From Rhodosorus marinus CCMP1338 (Eukaryota > Plantae > Rhodophyta): a stretch of DNA of 64,000 bases. Position 1 is the first letter of the stretch; every line of letters begins with the position of its first letter. Under the pieces are notes generated by a model. It saw only the letters and a list, made by a program, of their open reading frames with translations, was not told the origin of the DNA and made no database searches. Where the stretch lies: NCBI GenBank assembly GCA_029953675.1, contig JAMWBK010000010.1:1302001-1366000 (forward strand), in the 5' to 3' direction. This document shows, piece after piece, positions 1 through 14,717 of this stretch. The translations under genes were made by a program, and so were the position numbers.

Positions 1-130
1 ATTGCTTACCGAGTCGAAAATAAATGTACTTTGGTTTTTACAGAAAGCACAATCTCATTTTGAAGAAAATTGTGCTAGCTCTCTACCGAGATGTTATAAT
101 GCATAAATTGGTTCAATATGTGGCAGCCTG

Positions 131-2958
131 TCACAGCACCTTCAGTATCCTCCGCATATCTTGATTCACGGAAAATCCTCTGTCCTTGAAAGCCTTGGAT
201 GACAAAAACTCTCCGGTGTTCGTAATTCCCATCTCACGGGCTCGCGCGTTGAAGTCGGCTAGATCAATTTCTACGTTCACTTCGCCGCTGTCGTGCGTGA
301 CTGTACCGTGAGAAGTCAAGTAGTCTCTGACCAATCTACTGACAAGATAGAACAGTAGCTCGAAATCATTCCGATAGTACGTTAAGTACTTGAAGAATTT
401 ACGCTTGAGGCCTCTCATGACAGAGAATTTCTGGCTCTGGAAGAAGGACTCCAGCATCACGCTAATCGCAACGTTCACGTCATCGTCTCTGACGTAGCTG
501 CGCAGATGCATCCTCGCTCGGGCTTCCGACATACGGACGATAGACTCCAGGTGCCTTAACGCGATCGGCATTCCTCCACTGCTCAGTGACTCACGCCGAA
601 GATCGATGTACAGGCGGCTGATTTTCTCGTGGTCTACGTTCCCGAATCGGGGGGACGCGGTGCGGCGGGCAAAGATGAGATACTTCCTCAGCAGGTCCTG
701 CGGAATCAACTCGACGTTGGTCTCAGACATGACCTAAGGGAGGAACGCATTACAAACTGGCTTAGAGACTCACAAGTTCCACGAAAGATAAAAATCGAAG
801 GTTCTATGAAATCACGCACCGGCGCCTCGTTTGCTTCAGCGAGCTTGGATGTTCTAGACTCCGACGGATGAGACGAACTGTGCGAATTGACAACGAATCG
901 TGCGAGGTTCTCATCAACCAGGGGATCAACTGCATCTCGGACTACGCAAAGGACGTCGAATCTCGACAGAATCGGCTCGGTCAAGTCCACGTTCTCGGAG
1001 AAGCTTACGCTGGAGTCGTACCGTCCTTTCACAGGGTTTGCCGCGGCAATAACGGAGCACCTTGCCTGTAGCGTTGTGACAATGCCAGCTTTGGAAATGG
1101 AGATCGTTTGCTGTTCCATTGCCTCATGGATTGAAGTTCGATCTTGATCATTCATCTTATCGAACTCATCGATCAAGCAGGTTCCCCTGTCCGCCAAGAC
1201 AAGCGCACCACCTTCAAGAACCCACTCCCCTGAAACCGCATCTTTGCGAACCGCAGCTGTCAACCCCACGGCAGAAGCTCCCTTGCCGGTGGTATAGACC
1301 GCTCTGTTTGCAGTCTTCTCAACGTACTTGAGGAACTGGGATTTGGCAGTTCCTGGATCACCCAGCAGCAGAACGTTGATGTCTCCTCGAATGCGATGCT
1401 TCTCTCCGACTTCCTTCGCTTGTCCACCGAACAAACTCAACGCAATAGCTGTCTTGATGTCCTTGTGGCCATAGATTGAAGGTGCCATGGACGCAATGAT
1501 CCTGTCCGCAATCTTCGGGTCCTGGGACAGTTTCCTCAGCTCAAAGATCTCATCATCAGTCAAATCTTCCGTAACGTCCGACTCATCCATCTTTCGGACG
1601 TAGTTTGCTCGAATAACCGTCGAGAAAACGGGGAAACCATTCTTGATGTTGAGGCTGATATCTGGGCAATGGGTATAGACCCCGGTGACTTCGACTGCAT
1701 CACCCGGACGAGCACAATCAATCAAGTCGGCTGTGATCATGACGTCCTTCTGCCTGGGCAATCGACCGGCTGGCACACTTCCGGGGCTCTCTTGTATCGT
1801 CATTCTCTGGAAGTTATCGAAGACCGTTTGCTCGGCGTTGACCTTGAAGGGCCCACGAGATCCACACTCGCTGCACTGTGAAACTGCCTTCTCCGGTCTC
1901 GCTCCTGCGACTCCTGTTGGGACTTGAACAGCTCCGCATCTTTGGCAATCCAACTTGACGATCTTCATATGCGGAAACACTCCAGTTCTTCTCGTAACCA
2001 CTCCCGCCACCTTCACAAGACAGTTCAGATGGATGTGTCTGATATCCCTCAGGTTGTCTACGATCGGCAGATCCGCAATCCGAACGTAGATATCCGGATG
2101 GATCCTTTCGTAACTTGGAAACAGCGAGAGAGCTACTTGTTTCGCTACATCATCGAATATCGAAAGCATTTCAACGGGTGCATCAGCAACCCATACAGCA
2201 AGAACAGGATCTGCACTGCTGAGGTGGCGATAAGAAACCACAATGCTCTGGTGGTTGTTCGAGCACATGGCCCGTATAGATTCCATGTAGAGAGGCGATC
2301 CTGACTTCTGGTCTTTCGTCTCCCGCAGGAAGAGGTTGAATCGCCTTCGCAGTTCTCTTCGAGGTCTATCGAGAAGAACCCACTCACGAAGAGGGCCTCG
2401 ATAATTCTCAATGTCAAAGTTTGGATCTCCGTCATCTGCGAGACCAGACTGCTTGCTCATACCATCAGTATGTCCAGCACGCGAAGCAGCGGCGGCTTCT
2501 GCCAAAATTCGTCTCCGTTTCTGCTGATGTCCAATTTCTTCGTCGTCTTCGCCTGTGGCCATCTGGAGAGCGGCTGGCAATCGGCGATCGTCGCGCACTG
2601 CACGTCCCTCCATCCTGTCACGCTCTTGCATTTCTCTCTCAGCACCGAGTCGAGCGCCAATGCTTAGACTAGCAGACTCGACTTCTGCTTCCGGATCAAC
2701 TCTATATTGATCCAGATTGGGTATGGCCCGATAGTCGTCCATCATATTGTCTCCCAAAAGCTCCTCCCCGTCACTCTCCTCCTCATCGGGGGCCTCACCA
2801 TCTGAGGGCAATCTTTCATCCTCAACCTCACTGTCCAGAATCGCATCCTGCTCGACCTCCGAACCCTCCATACCGCCTTGTTCCGGTACTTCGTCGCTCA
2901 TAGAGTTATCAGCAGCCTGAGATCGATACCGCCTACCACCATTGTTTTGCCCCTCCAT
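131..2958 (-). CDS. MCM2: DNA replication licensing factor MCM2; exons 2958-820 and 733-131, 913 aa
   Basis: Acidic N-terminal extension, C4 zinc finger (CQRC..CSEC), Walker A GDPGTAKSQ, IDEFDKM, Arg finger SRFD. Phase-0 intron 819-734 (GTGCGT..TTAG, 86 bp) joins the two ORFs in frame. Confidence 0.97.
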
Positions 2959-3204
2959 CGTCAGAGCTTCCCGGCCCCAACAAGCCTAACCCTCGAAGTC
3001 CGAACGATACAGAAGATAACGAACCTCAGAACCTGTATCTTTTCCTGCACGACACAACAATCTGAAACCAACCGGACCACAGCTGATCCTCATCCCACCA
3101 GCCCTCAGCTACCCTTCCTCAAACCTCCATTTAACAACCCCATCCCATCCATACCTCATCCCTTCTGCTTGGACATCCGTTACAAGCGTGATCCCGAACT
3201 CCGA

Positions 3205-3566
3205 TTTCCCGCGCTCAAAACCAGATTTAGAACATATTCGATGCATTTTTTCCTATAATCAATACATACCTTTAATCTAAACTACAAGTAGCCCAAATTC
3301 ATGGAGGATTTTATTTTGTGAAATTCAATAGTTCTGACACATGCATGAAAATTTCCAACAATATTTTAACCCCCCTTTTTATCAGAGCATTTTAAAAAAC
3401 ATTTTCATTTTTTAAAATTATTTGCCGTTCAATAGTCCGGATATCTAATTGAAAATGCCCCCCCTTAGGAGCATGTGCGACTGACGATTGCGGGAACTAT
3501 TTCCCGCGTGAAAATATCCATAATAGTTAAGGAAATTCAACTTTAGGGTACTGGTATGGCGGGAAT
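3205..3566. promoter_or_regulatory. Cluster of E2F-type sites upstream of MCM2
   Basis: TTTCCCGC at 3205-3212 and 3500-3507, GCGGGAA at 3490-3496 (inverted relative to 3500-3507), GGCGGGAA at 3558-3565. All lie 250-600 bp upstream of the MCM2 ATG. Confidence 0.65.
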
Positions 3567-4648
3567 GTAGACGAGCGACGAACTTCGATTGGAAACAGAT
3601 GGATTAGTTCAGGCTAGCCTATCGCAGGCACATGCATGGGCAAATGTGATTCTCTGTGATTTGCCACTACTCAAAAGCATTGCTTTAAAATGAATCTGCT
3701 GTGACATTGCTGACAGGGTCGCTACGAGGCCTTGACGTCCACATGGATCACCTATTGGGCACGATCTTCGTCGAAACAATGCACTGACTTTGCGAAAGGT
3801 ACACCGTACTCATCTTTCAGCATAGAAGTCATTGAATCAAGCCTAGTTCGAAGCTGTCGGAAGCAGCAAACAAGTCAACTCGAGCACTCCGACTTCACAA
3901 AACTCAAGCGAATCGAGTGTAGTAGATCATGCGCACTCCCCGAAAAAAAAATTCGGATTGAGCTCGTCGCCTCTGGAAATTTGGCCAAAGAGACAAAGAC
4001 TTCCTCGCGATACAAAGAGCACCTGCTGGCTCTGTTTCGCGTTTTGCAGTTCCGCGGCGAGACCGAAATGTGGAGTTCTAGCTAGCGGCATATTCTTCGC
4101 TGCCTGGGTAGTGCGTGGGTACTGGCGAGACAAGTTGTCGCAGTTCTAGATTTGTTCTAGATTCAAGTAGGTGGATTTTATTACCAATTTTAAACGAACG
4201 ATAACCAAGCCTCGTCCTGATTTGGCGTCAACGAGGTGTTGCCGAAAGAGCTGCCTGAAACATATTGACTATCCAATAAAATCGAAGCTCGATGTTGCGT
4301 TTTACGAATCAGCCAATTATCCGATCCATGTTTGAATATCTCGATCACTAAGCCAGATGTAAGCATTATAATTGGCTTGCAAATCTTTTGCTTACTTCTT
4401 ATGTAATTTAGAGCTTATTGATTAGATACTATGAGTCCAAGTCGATTGTTAATTGGATAAATTCATCTAAATGTTCAGGAGATCGATTGAATCTCCGGGT
4501 TTGTTTTGGTTGAAGAGGTGGTTGGTTCGGTTTCCACACAGACCGGAAGATGGCTTCCGGTGATTCTTCTGGGGCTCCGTGAGGTATTTCTTGGAGCACT
4601 GTCGGATTGGTTTCGGAAAATCAGGATTTTGAGTGAGGGCATCACGAC

Positions 4649-5422
4649 ATGGCCTTCGTTGTTGGTGCTCCGGGGATTCGCCCAGCGAGCTCCTCCAAGG
4701 CAGCTTACGTTCGGAGGACGCCGGTTCTAGTCAGATCAAATCGGAGAACAGTCCTCCGTATGAGCTCTGAGGTCACTGTCGGTGACGTTGTGATTATCAA
4801 AGGAGCGTATGGGCGGTACACACTTGGTGTAGTATCGAATGTGGGTGGAAAATTTGCGGACGTGAAGGAGCTGGAGAAGTTCTCCTCGGGTTCCGGTAAG
4901 TGAGCAGCACTTAGGAACATCTCTGGAAGTCCTTTCTCATTTCCATGGGCTGAGGCCATTCCATCCTCTGTTTGTATTGAAGGTGAGAGTTATGTTGCTA
5001 GCAAGTCTGAAAATTATGAATCTGTTACCAAGATGAGAACCCTTCAAGCGGCTTATGATAAGAGCACAAACAGCTACAGCGTCTCCGAAGGCGACATAGA
5101 GGCAGCTAAGAAAGACCTCGAAGAGCTGGGAGGTGCATCGGATGTGAAGATGCCAGAGCCTGAGAGCAAGGACTATTCAAAAAAGCCAGGTTTCCCCAAA
5201 CCAACGAAGACTCAGGCTATCATAGGAGCCGCGCTGGGACTCCTAGTCTCTGGGGTTTTCGGCTTCGGATTCTACAGCGCTAGATCCACTTATGCGAATA
5301 TCGATCCCTCTACGGACCTATACCAGAACATTTTGTTGTCCGGATTGCAGTGGGGAGCACTTCTCTCGCTCTTCACAGCAGGCGGGCTGACTATCTACTC
5401 ATTGACGGCATCTGACGACTAA
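4649..5422 (+). CDS. Uncharacterised plastid-targeted membrane protein, about 228 aa; exons 4649-4895 and 4983-5422
   Basis: MAFV start with Ser/Arg-rich transit peptide. Phase-1 intron 4896-4982 (GTAAGT..GAAG) joins the ORFs in frame. Two hydrophobic helices near the C-terminus. Confidence 0.75.
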
Positions 5423-6066
5423 ACCAAATCAAACCTGTTCCTGTTTAACCCTACATCGTACGCAATAGATCCTCAAGGCAGGCATGCAAGCAACTCCAGC
5501 ATAAAACGCCTGCGACTTCCCTTGGGAAAACGCGTGTCGTTCCTGTGCGAAGCAGAGGTATTCGCGGCTGAGTTCTTTACATGATCAGCCTTCCATCTCC
5601 CCGATCGTGTCCTCCTCACCTACTTGATATTTCTCATAAACTGAATCCATACGGCCACCGCCCAATGTTCACCGTCCACCGCGTTCGTTCAATGTTACCT
5701 GAGTGGGACAACCCGCGGGGCAGATGTCCACAAGTAACATTCGCCATTTCATTCTGAACCGAATCTGGATCGACACAAATTGTTTTTCATATATTTATGG
5801 TGTACTTTTCGAGTTTTCCTTTTTCAGACGATTCGTAATTGTACAAATATGAAAAACAGATAAATGCGCTCGGCCATTTACTTTGCGGGCACTGTACTCT
5901 GAAGGATATATAAAGAGCGTATTTTGCGTGGTAGTCCGATAGTGAGAAGGCGTGCGAGGGGTGGAAGAGTCTTTGCGTATGTGGCTGATAAAAAATCAGT
6001 GGTGCTCAGATAGTAATCGTTGACTAGCTGTGGGCAGCTATTCGGTGTTCCAAACAATTCAAATCG

Positions 6067-9053
6067 ATGTCCCGCTCGTTAGCAAGAACTGGGACGTCAG
6101 TGAGAACTCGAACAGGAACTTCGCGTGGCTTTTCACAGTGCATTGTCGCGCTGATAGAGAATCGATGTCGTGAAGTCGGAGCGGCTATATACAACCTTCG
6201 ATCTTTCGATATTGAGCTGCGGCAGTATGGAGATAACAACCTCTATACGTCGACGTTGAGAGTCCTGAGCATTTATGAGTAGGCCCATCCTCCCCGCCAC
6301 GCAATACGGAAAGCTAGCTAACACTTTTACCTGAGGACGCTTGCATATAGACCACAGGAAATTTTGCTCTCTGAATCCAGTGCCAACGGGAATCTCGACT
6401 CAGCCATTAATCGAGTCCTACCAACCAATGCGAAGGTGAACGTCAATCAAACGCTGTTTAACGCTCTAGGTTTGTGCAAACTCCCTTTCTCAATCACAAA
6501 TTGCCGAACCCTTTTCCACCAAAAAAAAGAAAACCTTTCTCCCGAGAAAACTCTTCAATGACACCGTGGGAGCTGTTTTGAGAGATGAGCTGATCTCCGA
6601 AGCTACCAATGAGCGATTTCAAAAGTACCTGGCACTGGCATGCCTTGCTTCTCTCGTGAAGCACCTGGAGGACTCGCTTAATATAACTCTTGCAGAAGGA
6701 TGTATTCGAGTAAGATACCACAGTGGCCATAATATGCTATTTCTCGACTATGAAACCATCGAGGCGCTTGAACTAATATCGAACGTAGTCGGCGAGAAGA
6801 AAAGCACTTTGTTCGCGATTATGAATTCCTGCAAGACGCCTAGCGGTTCCAACCTGCTGAGAAAGAACCTGCTGGAGCCCCCTTCTGATATGCGCACCAT
6901 TCAGACTAGGCATGAGCTCGTTGGCGCTGTCCTCGCCAATGATGACGTGTATTTCAAGTTAGCCTCCATTCTGAGCGCATTTCCAGACCTTGAGAATGCC
7001 ATCTCGCAGCTGACGCAGGTATGAAAGCGATAGAACGCAGCTCGTGTCCCTGAATTCCAGTCCACCATTTCTTGAACGTGCCTGTGTCCTGTTCAGAGAG
7101 ACTTCGCGTCAGAGAAGAGCTTCATGACACAAAGCCCAAGAATTCAGCTAGTCAAAAATGTCGTCGCTCTAAAGCAAAGCTTAGAGGCCCTTCCAAGCCT
7201 TGTCGAGTGCATATCAAGAATCTCCGAAAACGCCATAATACCGCCTATGATAGAATCACTCAAGTCCCCAGTCCTTTCCCAAGTCCAGGCCAGCATTGCC
7301 GAGGCGAGGAAACGGTTCATTCTTACCTGAAAACACAACTACTGTCAGCGGCTGACACAATCCTTGCAACCAAATCATATTCATCATGTTCAGGTCCTTG
7401 AGGAAGACGCAGCGATCAGCAAACAAGCGGAGCAAATGCGTCTGCAAGGTGCGTTTGCGATAAAAGCGGGTAGGAACGGGCTACTAGACGTTGCGAGAAA
7501 AACTCTTAGCGAAACAATCGAAGGTGCGACTTTCGAGCATAGGAGATGATCTCGGATCGTGAAACTCATCAACTCCTCCACGAATATGTCAAACAGACAT
7601 CCACACCCTGGTAACTGAAATTCGGGACGAGAATGGGCTTGCTTCAGTACAGCTAAAATACTCAGTTCGCCAGGGATACCATCTCTGTTGTGCTGCTTCG
7701 GGACCGGATTCGCTCACAGGGGAAAAGTGGTGCCAAATAGTGGTGAAAGGAAATCAGGTAGTCTTCTCATGCGAGCAGCTGAGAGAGCTGAATGACAGAT
7801 ACACAGAAAGTCTCAATGAAATTTGGCTGCTAAGCCACAGGGAGCTGACCGATCTCCTGCAGACCGTATACGGACAAGAAGCAATTGTCGCGATTCACCG
7901 GTTGTGCGATTGCTTGTCGTTTCTGGACCTTATACTCTCTTTCGCTACAAACGTAACTTTGAGGTACGAAGAAGCGTGTTCCGACATTTCCTGCAAGCAC
8001 GAAGGATTTACAAGAGGAAAATTTCATTTACCGCTCTCAGTACCGGGTACTCAAAGCCAGTCATCACAAATGATGGGCCTATTGCCGTGAAAGCCGGGAG
8101 GCACGCTCTGCTTGAGCGAAACGTGGCAGGCTTTGTACCAAACGACACTTTCCTCTCGGAGCTATCCAGGTTCCACGTCATATCTGGAGTCAATATGGCC
8201 GGAAAGACTTCTTACATTAAGCAAGTGGCCTTGTTGGTAATCTTGAGCCACGTCGGAAGCTATATACCGGCCGACATTGGGTCCTTTCCGGTGGTACGAA
8301 GAATATGCTCTCATTTCGACAGCGAAGACGCTTTTGAGAGGAACGTTTCCTCGTTCTCTCGAGAAATGCTCGACCTGGCTTCTATTCTCAAGTTTGGAGC
8401 TGAGGATGGAATTTCGTTGTTCCTCATCGATGAACTTGGGAGAGGGACTTCCTACATGGATGGTCTAAGCATGTGCTGGACTGCTGCTGAGTATCTATCT
8501 GCTTCCCCACAAACATTTACACTTTTCGCATCCCACTTCTCGGGGCTTCGTCATATCGAAAAAATCTCACCTGGGTTCGTTACCTCTCTCATGACCTTCA
8601 CGAGTTTCCTCTGCTATCTGCCAAGGCTCACATACTCCAGTAGCTCATAATCTCAGGCTTAAAGTGTATCATCTCGATGCTCGCACACGGGAGACAGAAT
8701 GCAACGACAGGAGCACCGAACTCTTGGAAGCAGGGACAGCAGCTGGGAGTATCATATGTACTCACCTACTCGCGGAGGGTCCTTGTGAGATTACGGACTA
8801 TGGCCTCCGCACTGCTGCGTCAGCTGGGATGCCAAGAACAGTTCTTGAGAGGGCGGTACTGCTGAAACAGAAATTCAACGGAACCTACTCGGACAGCGTT
8901 AGAGTTCAGGTCTCACCGGAAGATTCTAGATTGCGACGGGATCTGGCCATTACACAACAACTTCGCCTACTAAAGGGGGCTCGACTGTCGCAGGCGAGGT
9001 TGCGAGAGCGTCTTCGGGTTTTGAAAGACGACTACAGCAACGGGAACACTTGA
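6067..9053 (+). CDS. MSH4: MutS homolog 4 (meiotic crossover factor), multi-exon
   Basis: N-terminal IVALIENRCREVG matches plant MSH4 IENRAKEVG. TPSGSNLLRKNLLEP, Walker A GVNMAGKTS, LIDELGRGT, TFTLFASHF, YGLRTAASAGMP. Introns at about 6279-6350, 6437-6528, 7019-7095, 7304-7393 (GC-AG), 7523-7596, 7963-8040, 8575-8656. Confidence 0.9.
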
Positions 9054-9172
9054 CCAGCAATTATTTGCATAGGGAACATTTTACCATGAAGCAACGACAA
9101 GACGAGGTCAAATGGACACCTTCCGACGTGCGTTCTCGATGGTAGAGCGAATCCTAATTTTCATTTGTCGAA

Positions 9173-11343
<2,171 letters not shown>

Positions 11344-12447
11344 CCTTACTCACCCCTCCCCCGCCCAACAAAACACCCTAAGATACTGGGATGAAAAAGA
11401 AAAAAGAAAAGGGCAACAACACAACCAAAACCCAGCAAAAATGAAATAATCAATAACCCGTTCCCTTATCTCTCCCCACCCCGCTCCCCCTCCCAACCCC
11501 CATCTGACAGCCCAGTCCTCAGCTTCAAACCCCTCGAGCCCCAAGACATATATATATCCTGCTAAAAGTATCAAAGGCCAGAATCACTTACCTCACCTTG
11601 GCCATGAAGAAACATCAAAAAAACCCAACTGACCTGAATCGTCCTCACCAATACAAAAAAATCGAAACCTCGATCATAAGATTTATTTAGATCTATAAAC
11701 CGATTTTCATGTACTTGTGAAGAAACTAAGTCTCTATCTTATCATCGACTATCCAGGGGTTAAAATCTAAGCGGAAATAGTCCTTAAATATAGTAAATAA
11801 CATCTTTATGCGTTTCGAAAAGGAAAATTTTACCCCTAGTTGAACGTGCAGTTCTAATGTACGACCTGGGGCAGCAAAATGTCTTGTGTTTTGAATATTT
11901 TTGGCGGAGGGAGCTTTTTTTTAACGGAAGAGTGGTGGATAGAGCTCCCGATAATTGAAATTCAGGACTTTTTGGCGGGGGGTTTTCGTTCGAAGGCTGT
12001 CCCACTGCGAGGATTATATTGACTTAATGTAGTCATTTTGATCGATCAGTCGGAAGGGGTCGTTCAATGGTGAGGAATGGGATTATTGAAATACAAGCAT
12101 TGTACGGTCCTTGTCTCCCACCAAATATCTGAATAGAAAGAGCGCTGCTAGAAAGTCTCTGCGTTGCTCAGTGCAAGCAATGGATTTACATCTGTTTGTG
12201 GATTTCTAGGTAGCACCAGATGAGCGGCAAAAGAGCTGTGCAGCAAAGCCACTCGGACCGGCTCGAAACTCACAAGTGCCTGTTCGCGACTAGGATCATC
12301 GATTCATCTTGTCTACCCAGTAGCAATTTCATCTTTGACATCCCTTTGTTATGTTATGCAGCGCCGCGGACTGAGAACTTTTCGTGGCCTTTTGTCTTCG
12401 GCAATGGCGAAAGGAACCGGCGCTGCTCGTTCTGTCCCTCACCGAGT

Positions 12448-12474
12448 TATATATATATATATATATATATATAT
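12448..12474. repeat. (TA)n microsatellite, about 13 units
   Basis: Direct reading of tatatata run. Confidence 0.95.
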
Positions 12475-12818
12475 TCAGAACGGGTTGTGGGACAGATACC
12501 CTTTAGAGCGTCGGGGATCAATGAGGGACTTCCTTCCGCCCAAAGCTTCTGAGAAACTCGTGAAAGATCTTTTACCGTCTAACAAAGCACGTGTTTCACA
12601 CCAGACACTCATAACCTCATCTCAACATCTTCCTAACCCAACTACGAATTCTATACAAGAGCATTGAACCACTCGTCAGGCACAGGTTCTCCTCTCCGAA
12701 TGGTAAGCTCCTTCCGTTTGTTAAATTCTTGTTCATCCATTCTACAGACCAGACTCGCTTTGCAAACGGCAGTGCCTGCGAACGCTGCATCATTTCAAGC
12801 AAAGCAAAACTCAGCCTC

Positions 12819-14070
12819 CTAAAAACCAAAGGTGCTCAGGGGTCCGGTCTCTTTCGTAAGATTCATATTGATCAACGTTTCGTTCTGCCGGATGAACTGA
12901 TCGAAGGATGTACTGATCGGGAGCCCAACTGGTGTGAACCGAGCTGGATCGAGACCGGGTGCTTTTCCATACTTCTGTCTCAAAGCGAAGTTTCGCACAT
13001 CGTATAGCTTCGCCAGAAGCCCTCGGTACGCCCCGAACTTCAGCCTCTCCACGCGACAGCACAAAAGGCATATAAGCACCAGCATTTCGTCGTCTAGATC
13101 AGAGAGCAGTGCCTGCTTCTCTTCCGCCGTTGCAAGAAATACTCTAGTCATAAGCTTGAACTCCTCGCCCAGCAAATTTTCCGTTCGTCCAAGCCCCAGA
13201 AAAGCATCCAGCGCACCCGTGAGTTGCTCGTAAACCTTCTTTTGGTATGGTGACGGGTTACCCTCGGAGCCCTGCAACTCCCACGCCGCAATGGCGGCGT
13301 GCAATACAACCCAAAACCAGTCCGCTTCGAGCGAGGTTTTACCAGAGTGGGCGACAACAGCAGAGTTTAGGTCTGTGGAGCCCACCACTTCTCTTACTCT
13401 TTCGTCCGCGTCTGATGCGGCCTGATAGTATGGTTTGTCCATCACAGCGCACGCGTCAAGAACCTAGAGACGAAAGAAAAGTTTTTCCCTCTCAGCACTT
13501 CTTTCACCTCCAGCTGGTCCCTGTTGAACAAAACTGTACCTTTGCCCTAAGTTTTCTCAACACATCTCCATCATTATCCATTTCGCTCTCGTACTTGAGC
13601 AAAATCGAGGTCAGATTATACAGAAACGAAGTTGAAATCAAATGCCTGTTCGCGCCTACTGTCTCGAGGAACTGATCACCTTCTCCTGCGTTCTTCAGAG
13701 CTTCGATAATACCGAACACGTCCTTGTCAAATCCCACTCTAAGCTCTTCCTTTCTCTCCGCACTGATTTCCGGAATTACCGTAGTGCGGACCTTCCTCTC
13801 TGCGTTCTCAAACGGATCCTCCGCGCCATCCAACTCCTCCTTATCCAACGTCTCGGTATTCTTCCTCGCGATTTCCTCCATTTCCTCCCCACCAGGAATT
13901 TGAGTGTTAGTCTGCTTCCTGTTCAGGTCCATATCCTCCGAAGGCCTCCCAGAAAACTGACTACCTCCTTTCACCTTCATCTCCTTCCCCATCATAACAA
14001 CCCGTCTCCGTCGATGTGTGTGACTCGGACGTTCGCATGACACACTTCCAAGTCCACCCACAAAACCCAT
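12819..14070 (-). CDS. Uncharacterised plastid-targeted, mostly helical protein; exons 14070-13540 and 13463-12819
   Basis: MGFVGG start with Arg-rich transit peptide (a further in-frame ATG lies at 14088). Phase-0 intron 13539-13464 (GTACAG..CTAG, 76 bp) joins the 194-aa and 208-aa ORFs. Confidence 0.75.
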
Positions 14071-14717
14071 ACAATCAAACCTCTCCATCTTTTTTACTCC
14101 ACCCTTTCAAAAAACCCAAAATATGTTCCTACGGCAGTGCACTCCAAGCTGATCCCTCTATTCCTTATATCAACACTATCCATTTCGAATCACTCGCACA
14201 AGTTGCATCCCCTTCACCACTAGTTCTTTTCATCACTAAATGTCTCAATGCCCGTCCGCATCAAACGACTCTACAAGACCCCCCCCTTCAAGATTTCTCT
14301 AAATATGAAATTATGTCTAATTAGTTTTAATTTACGAGAAATTTGCATTTTAGAGGATTTGATGTGAAGGGTACTAATTTTGAATAATAATTCTCGATCT
14401 TATCTGGAGCACTTTGGTAGCGAGTTCCAGAGTCGAGAACTCCTGGGGTGTTTATGTTAGGGACATGGCTGCTCAGGCGTATAATCGGAATGGCCACAAC
14501 GTTTTCTTTCGGTGCTTTTGCTGTAGTTTACAGTCTACTGAAGGCTCATTTAGTATAGTGAGGATTATATCGTACGGATGGTTAAGTTATTCGTCGAGCT
14601 GCACCATGGTTCGTTGGGTCGCCGCAGAGAGGCGTGCAGGCCGTCCTGGTTGGCCTTGGCGGGAGTGTCTTGTTTTTTTTCCCACGAGTGTGAAACGGTG
14701 GTCGTGGGAAGGCGCCG

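Noticed and set aside
3556-4149. Possible spliced plus-strand gene ending ...VVRGYWRDKLSQF*
   Set aside because: No consistent ATG, exon and phase model could be built, and no motif was recognised.
12356-12667. ORF with a mitochondrial-presequence-like start (MQRRGLRTFRG)
   Set aside because: It runs through a (TA)n microsatellite and has no homology cue or typical leader; probably chance.
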